In this document: positions 57,367 through 64,000 of the stretch, one piece after another
How the letters are laid out: every line of letters begins with the position of its first letter
Numbering within the stretch: the stretch's first letter is position 1
Origin: a bacterium
Lineage (GTDB): Bacteria > Bacillota > Clostridia > Christensenellales > Aristaeellaceae
Direction of reading: 5' to 3'
DNA length: 64,000 nt
Assembly (NCBI GenBank): GCA_963618735.1
Contig: CAVEUM010000006.1
Location: 4,237-68,236 of the forward strand
Made by a program: the position numbers and the translations under genes
The notes under the pieces: model-generated
The model's database searches: none
Told to the model about the DNA's origin: nothing
Seen by the model: the letters and a program-made list of their open reading frames with translations, nothing else

Positions 57367-58134
57367 GTGCAAAAGGCCAGAATATCAGCCTGCATGGTGC
57401 TTTATCACGCAGGAGACGAGGCACTGCGGGCGGTGGACTGCCTTGACGCGTCTGATGCTACGGTAGATGTGTATCTGGTGGATAACACGCCGGAGGACGA
57501 CACTGCGCAGCGTATCCTGTGGGCACACCCGGGGGTACAGGTGCGGCCGCAAAAGAAAAATGTGGGCTTTGGCCGGGGCAATAATGCGGTGCTGAGCGAA
57601 CTGGAAAGCGAGTATCACATCCTTGTGAATCCGGATGTGACCTTTGCGCCGGACCTCATCAGCCGCATGGTGCAGTACATGGACGACCATCCCAACGTGG
57701 TGATTCTGACGCCGCATGTGCTGAACGCAGACGGCACGGATCAATATCTGCCCAAGAAACAGCCGACGGTCCATTATCTGCTGGGCGGATTTCTGGAAAA
57801 GCTGGGCGGCCCTTTTGTGCGATGGCGCAGAGAATACACCATGGCGGATGATGATCTGACCCATCCGCTGAAGGTGCAGTTTGCAACGGGATGTTTCCTC
57901 ATGATTCGCACAAAAACATTCCGTGAACTGAAGGGATTCGATGAACGGTTCTTCCTCTACCAGGAGGATTCTGACCTGAGCCGCCGCGCTGGTCAACTGG
58001 GGCCGATTATCTATCATCCTGATATGTGTGTGACCCATAACTGGGCGCGAGAGAATACACGGAGCCTGAAGGGCATCCTGAGGCAGATGCGGTCTGTCTG
58101 CCAATTCTTTATGAAGTGGGGCATTGAGTGGTGA
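57367..58134 (+). CDS. glycosyltransferase family 2 protein
   Basis: GTG start after AGGAGG. ISACMVLYHAGDEALRAVDCL...YLVDNTPEDD...FFLYQEDSDLSRR are typical GT2 (rhamnosyltransferase-like) features. Confidence 0.85.
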   Translation: MQKARISACMVLYHAGDEALRAVDCLDASDATVDVYLVDNTPEDDTAQRILWAHPGVQVRPQKKNVGFGRGNNAVLSELESEYHILVNPDVTFAPDLISRMVQYMDDHPNVVILTPHVLNADGTDQYLPKKQPTVHYLLGGFLEKLGGPFVRWRREYTMADDDLTHPLKVQFATGCFLMIRTKTFRELKGFDERFFLYQEDSDLSRRAGQLGPIIYHPDMCVTHNWARENTRSLKGILRQMRSVCQFFMKWGIEW

Positions 58135-59066
58135 AAGAAATTGCTGTGCTGCTTGCCGCTTATAACGGCATGCGATTTCTGCCGGAGCAACTGGTCAGCC
58201 TGCGGGCGCAGGATGATCCTTCATTCCACGTGCTTTTGCAGGATGATGGCTCGCAGGATAACACCATGATGCTGCTGCTGCAGTCCTGCGCCGCTGACAG
58301 CCGCTTTCAGATGGGTGCTGAGCAGGAGCATGGCCTTGGGGCTGTGGGAAACTTCTGGAGCCTGATGCAGCAGTGCCGCGCACCCTATATCGCACTGTGC
58401 GACCAGGATGACCGCTGGCACACAGACCGTCTGAGCCGTTGCAGGCAGGCCATGGAACGTGCTGAAAAGCAGTACGGCGAGGAAACGCCGCTGCTGGTGC
58501 ACAGCGATTGCAGCCTTATTGGCGCGGAAGGACAGCCTTTGCACGCCAGCTTCTTTGACCATCAGGGGTGGGATCGGAGCGCTACGGGTTTTCGCCGCCT
58601 GCTGGTGCAGAACAACGTAACGGGATGCACCATCCTCATGAATGAGGCACTGAAAAACCTGGCAGTCAACTATGGCGATCCTGCCAAAATGGTGATGCAT
58701 GACTGGTTTCTGGCATTGACGGCCGCGGCCTTTGGCCATGTGGTGATGGTGGATGCGCCTTTGGTTGACTACCGCCAGCATGGCAACAATGTGCAGGGCG
58801 CCAGCCATCAGGGACAGGTTCAACGGGGCGTGAAGGCCCTGGGCGCGTGGCAGAAGGGGAAGAACAGAATTCAGCTGACCTACGACCATGCCAAAGCCTT
58901 TGCGGAAATGTACGGCGCAGTTTTGCCCGAGCAGGCTCGCAAGGATGTGGCGGTTTATCTGGCAACTCAAAAGATGAAAAAGCCCCAGCGCGTGGCGGCA
59001 GTTCAGCGTCAGGGCTTTACCATGCAGAGCATCATCACCCGCGCGGGTCAGATTGTTTTCGGATAA
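58128..59066 (+). CDS. glycosyltransferase family 2 protein
   Basis: GTG start overlapping the upstream gene by 7 nt. IAVLLAAYNGMRFLPEQLVSLRAQDD...LLQDDGSQDNT...CDQDDRW. Confidence 0.85.
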   Translation: MVKEIAVLLAAYNGMRFLPEQLVSLRAQDDPSFHVLLQDDGSQDNTMMLLLQSCAADSRFQMGAEQEHGLGAVGNFWSLMQQCRAPYIALCDQDDRWHTDRLSRCRQAMERAEKQYGEETPLLVHSDCSLIGAEGQPLHASFFDHQGWDRSATGFRRLLVQNNVTGCTILMNEALKNLAVNYGDPAKMVMHDWFLALTAAAFGHVVMVDAPLVDYRQHGNNVQGASHQGQVQRGVKALGAWQKGKNRIQLTYDHAKAFAEMYGAVLPEQARKDVAVYLATQKMKKPQRVAAVQRQGFTMQSIITRAGQIVFG

Positions 59067-59091
59067 GTAGCAAAGGAGTGCAGAAGGCGTT

Positions 59092-62000
59092 ATGTTTACC
59101 CATTTGCATTTACATACCGAGTATAGCCTGCTGGACGGCGCCTGCCGCATTCCTAAGCTGGTGGAGCGCCTGAAGACCCTTGGCATGGATAGCTGTGCCA
59201 TTACGGATCACGGCGTAATGTACGGCGTGGTGGACTTCTACAACGCCATGAATGAGGCAGGCATCAAGCCAATCATTGGCTGCGAAGTCTACGTCTGCCG
59301 CAACCGACTGGATCGTTCTGCCGCTACACGGGACTACAGTCACCTGATTTTGCTGTGCGAAAACAACACAGGCTATCAGAATCTGATGTATCTGGTCAGT
59401 GAAGGTTTCCTTACGGGATACTATTACAAGCCTCGCATTGACTATGACCTGATCCGTGAGCATCATGAAGGCCTGATTGCACTCTCTGCCTGCCTGTCGG
59501 GCGATTTGCCGAAGCTATTGCTGAGCGAGCAGTATGAAGGCGCAAGAAATTACATTCTGGAGATGCAGGAGCTTTTCGGCAAAGAAAATTTCTTTGTGGA
59601 AATCATGGATCACGGCATCCGTGACGAAAAGATCGTCCTGCCGAGGCTGATCAAAATTGCCCGCGAAATGAATGTGCCGCTGGTGGCAACCAACGACTGC
59701 CACTATCTGGAGGAGAAAGACGCGGATGCCCAGGAAGTGCTCATGTGCATCCAAACGGGCAAAACGCTGGAAGACCAGAGCCGCATGCGCATGGAAACCC
59801 GCCAGCTTTATGTGAAGAGCGAGGAGGAAATGCGCCGCCTGTTTGCGTCCGTGCCGGATGCGGTGGATCGTACCCATGAGATTGCCGAGCGGTGCAACGT
59901 AACCTTTGAATTTGGCGTCACGAAACTGCCGCACTATCCCGTGCCGGAAGGCGAAACGGCTTACGAAATGCTGAATCGGCTTTGCCGCGAGGGTATGAAG
60001 CGGCTGTATCCCGATGCCAAGGAGGGCGACGAGCCGTACAGGCGGCTGGAGTATGAGCTGGGTGTTATTTCCGGTATGGGCTATGTGGATTACTTCCTTA
60101 TCGTGTGGGATTTCATCCACTATGCCAAGTCGCAGGGCATCATGGTGGGGCCGGGACGCGGCAGCGGCGCAGGCTCCATTGTGGCCTACTCCATGGGCAT
60201 TACCATGCTGGATCCGCTGAAGTATCAGCTGCTGTTTGAACGGTTCCTGAACCCTGAGCGTGTCAGCATGCCTGATATTGACGTGGACTTCTGCTACGAG
60301 CGCCGCCAGGAAGTTATTGACTACGTGGCGCGAAAGTATGGTGCGGATCATGTGAGCCAGATCATCACCTTTGGTACCATGGCGGCCAGAGGCGTGATTC
60401 GCGATGTTGGCCGCGTGCTTGGCATGAGCTATCAGGAAACGGATGCGGTGGCCAAGGCTGTGCCCATGGAGCTGGGCATCACGCTGGAAAAGGCGCTGCA
60501 GATTTCTCCTCAGCTGCGCCGCATGTATGACGAACAGACGGAGGTTAAGCGTCTCATCGATACGGCCATGACCCTGGAGGGTATGCCGCGGAACACGTCA
60601 ACCCACGCGGCAGGCGTGCTGATTACCGGCAAGCCTGTCATCGAGTATGTGCCTTTGCAGCGCAATGATGAGGTCATTACAACGCAGTTCCCTATGGGTA
60701 CCATTGAGCGCCTGGGTCTTTTGAAGATGGACTTTCTGGGACTCCGCACTTTGACGGTGATTCGGGATACGCTGGATATGATCAGGCAGGAAGGCATCGA
60801 TATGAAGCCGGAGGACATTCCTTTGGATGATGCCAGCGTGTATGAGATGATTTCCAGAGGAGATACGGATGGTGTCTTTCAGCTGGAAGGCAATGGCATG
60901 CGCTCCTTCCTGATGAACATGAAGCCTGCCTGCTTTGAAGACATCATCGCTGCTATCTCCCTGTACCGTCCGGGCCCTATGGAATCCATCCCGCGCTACA
61001 TTGCGGGCAAACAGGATCCCAGCAGCGTTCATTATGAAACAGAAAAGCTGCGCCCCATTCTGGAAGTGACCTATGGGTGCATGGTCTACCAGGAGCAGGT
61101 TATGCAGATTGTGCGTGACCTTGCCGGCTACAGCTATGGCCGAAGCGACCTGGTGCGCCGTGCCATGGCCAAGAAAAAGCACAAGGTCATGGAGCAGGAA
61201 CGCCAGTATTTCGTCTACGGCATGACGGACGAAAACGGCAATGTGGTGATCCCCGGCTGTGTGCGCAACGGCGTAGACGAAAAGGTAGCCAACCAGATTT
61301 ACGACGAAATGATTTCCTTCGCGTCCTATGCCTTCAACAAATCCCATGCAGCTGCCTATGGTGTGGTGTGCATGGAAACAGGCTGGCTGAAGCGGCATTA
61401 TCCTGTGCAGTTCATGGCTGCCATTATGAACAGCGTCTTTGGCAACGCGGGAAAAATCGCTGGCTACATCCAGTATTGCCGCAGCCGCAATGTGCCGATT
61501 TTGCCGCCTGATGTCAACGCTTCCGGTTGGAAGTTTACCGTAGAGAGGACGGCCGATGGCGCACTGGGCATTCTCTTTGGCTTTGGCGCGGTGAAAAACG
61601 TGGGCGAAACCGCGGCGGAGGCCATCATTCGGGAACGTCAAAAGGGTGCGTTCCGTGATATTTTCGATTTCTGCCGCCGCATTGATACGGGAATTGTCAA
61701 CAAGCGTGTGGTGGAAAGCCTGATTCGTGCAGGTGCCTTTGACAGCATGCATGCCAATCGTCCGCAGATGCTGGCTGTGTATGAAGGTGCGCTGGACGCA
61801 AACATTGCCAGAAGAAAGCAGAACGTGGATGGTCAGCTGAGTCTGTTTGACATGGCCTTTGGTGACGACCAGCCAGCCCTCGGCGGCGATGAGCATCTGC
61901 CCAACATTCCTGATTATCCCACAGGAACCCGCCTGGCCATGGAAAAGGAAATGACGGGCGTTTACATCACGGGACATCCGCTGGATGATTATCGGGAGAA

Positions 62001-62670
62001 GCTGAACAGGCTGACCTTCTCCACGGCAGATTTGCTGGGGCTGGAAGAGCGGGAAGACCAGGGACTGAGCATGGACGGCCTGAGTGTCGCCATGGGCGGC
62101 ATTCTGGTGGAGGCAAAGGGCAAGGCCACCAAGAAAGGTGCCTACATGGGCTTTGTTACCCTGGAAGACCTGACAGGGCAGATTGAGTGCCTGGTGTTCC
62201 CTAAAGTATATGACCTTTATCAGGCTATGCTGACGGTAGACGCTACGGTGGTGTTGACAGGCAAGCTGTCCATTCGCGAGGAAGAAGCACCGAAACTGCT
62301 GGTAGATAGCGTAACGAAGCTGGATGAATGGCAGGGCGCACAGGAAAATCAGCGTCTTGCACCGCGTGCACCGCAAAGGCAGGCTGCGCAGCATCATACG
62401 CCGCCTGCGCGAACCATGACGGATGCTCAATGTGCCAGGGAGGCGGCGAGAAAGCTGTATCTTCAGCTGGCAAGGGAGCGGATGAACTCGGCGATGGCGG
62501 CTCTGGCGCTGCATCCCGGCAGCGTGCCTGTGTACCTGCACATTCCCGAGGAGAAGATGACGCTGCTGGCGCCGAAGATCAACTGGTGCGATGCCTCGGC
62601 GGCCTGCCTGAACCGCATGGAGCAGCTGCTGGGAAAGGACAATGTAAAATTGGTGGAAGCCAAGGCATAA
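59092..62670 (+). CDS. dnaE: DNA polymerase III alpha subunit
   Basis: 1192 aa. MFTHLHLHTEYSLLDGA (PHP domain) ...PDIDVDF...; the OB-fold region is near the C-terminus. Confidence 0.97.
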   Translation: MFTHLHLHTEYSLLDGACRIPKLVERLKTLGMDSCAITDHGVMYGVVDFYNAMNEAGIKPIIGCEVYVCRNRLDRSAATRDYSHLILLCENNTGYQNLMYLVSEGFLTGYYYKPRIDYDLIREHHEGLIALSACLSGDLPKLLLSEQYEGARNYILEMQELFGKENFFVEIMDHGIRDEKIVLPRLIKIAREMNVPLVATNDCHYLEEKDADAQEVLMCIQTGKTLEDQSRMRMETRQLYVKSEEEMRRLFASVPDAVDRTHEIAERCNVTFEFGVTKLPHYPVPEGETAYEMLNRLCREGMKRLYPDAKEGDEPYRRLEYELGVISGMGYVDYFLIVWDFIHYAKSQGIMVGPGRGSGAGSIVAYSMGITMLDPLKYQLLFERFLNPERVSMPDIDVDFCYERRQEVIDYVARKYGADHVSQIITFGTMAARGVIRDVGRVLGMSYQETDAVAKAVPMELGITLEKALQISPQLRRMYDEQTEVKRLIDTAMTLEGMPRNTSTHAAGVLITGKPVIEYVPLQRNDEVITTQFPMGTIERLGLLKMDFLGLRTLTVIRDTLDMIRQEGIDMKPEDIPLDDASVYEMISRGDTDGVFQLEGNGMRSFLMNMKPACFEDIIAAISLYRPGPMESIPRYIAGKQDPSSVHYETEKLRPILEVTYGCMVYQEQVMQIVRDLAGYSYGRSDLVRRAMAKKKHKVMEQERQYFVYGMTDENGNVVIPGCVRNGVDEKVANQIYDEMISFASYAFNKSHAAAYGVVCMETGWLKRHYPVQFMAAIMNSVFGNAGKIAGYIQYCRSRNVPILPPDVNASGWKFTVERTADGALGILFGFGAVKNVGETAAEAIIRERQKGAFRDIFDFCRRIDTGIVNKRVVESLIRAGAFDSMHANRPQMLAVYEGALDANIARRKQNVDGQLSLFDMAFGDDQPALGGDEHLPNIPDYPTGTRLAMEKEMTGVYITGHPLDDYREKLNRLTFSTADLLGLEEREDQGLSMDGLSVAMGGILVEAKGKATKKGAYMGFVTLEDLTGQIECLVFPKVYDLYQAMLTVDATVVLTGKLSIREEEAPKLLVDSVTKLDEWQGAQENQRLAPRAPQRQAAQHHTPPARTMTDAQCAREAARKLYLQLARERMNSAMAALALHPGSVPVYLHIPEEKMTLLAPKINWCDASAACLNRMEQLLGKDNVKLVEAKA

Positions 62671-62680
62671 GGAGAATGCT

Positions 62681-63307
62681 ATGAAGCCTGTAATTTTCAT
62701 GGACTGGGACGGAACCATTGCGGACAGCATGAAGCTGTGCATCGAAGAGGTGCGTTACGCGCTGTCGCATTTGAATCTGCCCGTACCTCCGGATCGGGAG
62801 CTGATGAAGTGCAACGGTCCTACCAACGAGGAATCCATTCCGCTGATGCGTGTCCCTCAGGAGAAAGGCGGACAGTATCTTGCACTGCGTGCTGGGGCAT
62901 CACTGGAACTGCTGGAAAAGTATCAGCGCATTTTTCCGGGCATGAAAGAAATGCTCCTGCGCGTGCAGGATAAGGCACGGCTCATCGTTGTCAGCAATGG
63001 CAATCAGAGCTATCTGGAAAAGTCCGCATCTTTTCTCGGGGTTACGGATTGCTTTGAACGTCTCCAGGGCTTCCGCGAGGGTTATACCAAGGCGGAAAAC
63101 ATTGCGATGCTCCTTGAAGAGATCAGGCCTGAAAAGGCTGTGATGGTAGGGGATCGTGCGGGGGATATCCAATCAGGCAAGGCGAATCATCTGCCGACCA
63201 TTTCGGCCTGCTACGGATATGGTTCTCCTGAAGAATGGGCGATGGCAGACGAACAGGCCTATTCGGTGGAGCAGCTGGAAAAAATGATATTGCGTCTGAC
63301 AGAATGA
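62681..63307 (+). CDS. HAD family hydrolase
   Basis: 208 aa. VIFMDWDGTIADS (motif I) and MVGDRAGDIQSGKAN (motif IV). Confidence 0.8.
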   Translation: MKPVIFMDWDGTIADSMKLCIEEVRYALSHLNLPVPPDRELMKCNGPTNEESIPLMRVPQEKGGQYLALRAGASLELLEKYQRIFPGMKEMLLRVQDKARLIVVSNGNQSYLEKSASFLGVTDCFERLQGFREGYTKAENIAMLLEEIRPEKAVMVGDRAGDIQSGKANHLPTISACYGYGSPEEWAMADEQAYSVEQLEKMILRLTE

Positions 63308-63450
63308 AGAAAAAGCTGTGAGGGAACGGATTCGATCCTTCGCAGCTTTTTTGATTGCAGCAACTGTTCCCTTTTGCGGTGAAAAAGAGGATTTTGCACG
63401 GTTCGTGTTGTATACATTCATCATCAACGCAGGAAAGGCAGGGGAGTCTG

Positions 63451-64000
63451 ATGACGATTCGTGAAGAGCTTGAGGCAGAAGAATTTCAGCGCTTGTCGCC
63501 ATTGGCAAAGAAGAGCGCGGAAAGCCGCGGACGGGAAACGCCGGTGACTCCCTGCACACTGCGAACGGATTTTCAGCGGGATCGGGATCGGATCATCCAT
63601 TGCAAGGCTTTCCGCAGACTGAAGTTCAAAACTCAGGTGTTTCTTGCCCCGGAGGGTGATCACTACCGCACCAGACTGACCCATACGCTGGAGGTAGCGC
63701 AGGTTGCCAGAACCATTGCCAGAGCCTTGCGTCTCAACGAAGATCTGACAGAGGCCATTGCTCTGGGACACGACCTGGGGCATACGCCCTTCGGTCACAT
63801 TGGCGAAAGGTCACTGGACGAGCTTTTGCCGGAAGGTTTCCGCCACAATGAGCAAAGCAGGCGTGTGGTGGAGGTTCTGGAAAATGACGGCAATGGACTG
63901 AATCTGACATGGGAGGTTCGTGATGGCATTCTTTGCCATAGCGGCAAGCAGTTTCCTTCTTCCCTGGAAGGGCAGTGCGTTCGCCGTGCGGATCGCATCG
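63451..64000 (+). CDS. dGTPase-like HD-domain phosphohydrolase (deoxyguanosinetriphosphate triphosphohydrolase family); C-terminus beyond window
   Basis: Not in the ORF track because it runs off the window. My translation from ATG 63451 (after AGGGGAG) reads [31 protein letters not shown]...[27 protein letters not shown]...[24 protein letters not shown]...[11 protein letters not shown]. Confidence 0.85.
   Translation, partial: MTIREELEAEEFQRLSPLAKKSAESRGRETPVTPCTLRTDFQRDRDRIIHCKAFRRLKFKTQVFLAPEGDHYRTRLTHTLEVAQVARTIARALRLNEDLTEAIALGHDLGHTPFGHIGERSLDELLPEGFRHNEQSRRVVEVLENDGNGLNLTWEVRDGILCHSGKQFPSSLEGQCVRRADRI

Overview
This 64-kb chromosomal window comes from a moderately GC-rich, Firmicutes/Clostridia-type genome. 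That taxon call is an inference from gene content only: T-box-controlled pheST, pflBA, rhaBAD, a BMP-type ABC transporter, YitT and DUF4317. The window is almost entirely housekeeping. Recognised genes are pheS/pheT, SRP RNA, glyA, murA, polA, rhaB-rhaA-rhaD, pflB-pflA, eno, aconitase, purA, carA-carB, ftsY and dnaE. There are also a BMP/nucleoside-type ABC importer, a CUT1-type sugar ABC importer, RNA-modification enzymes, three HAD phosphatases, two GT2 glycosyltransferases and two CapA-like paralogues. Two CDSs run off the window edges and are missing from the ORF track; I translated them by hand (1-788 minus, 63451-64000 plus). I found no rRNA, tRNA, CRISPR array, transposase/integrase, prophage gene or recognisable defence or toxin-antitoxin system, so I do not see a large novel multi-gene system here. 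The observations most worth a second look are: (1) carB continues in frame into a complete DapF-like module, giving a 1341-aa ORF. (2) That module has Ser in place of the first catalytic Cys. (3) A 100-bp unit is repeated about 3.8 times between polA and an RpiB-like gene; each unit carries a GC-rich hairpin, and the terminal copy keeps the hairpin through compensatory changes. (4) A monocistronic protein consists only of the RarA/MgsA C-terminal domain. (5) A VanY/M15-like protein has all zinc-ligand positions substituted. All start codons were chosen by eye from SD spacing and N-terminal family resemblance. All family calls are recognition from memory, not database searches.
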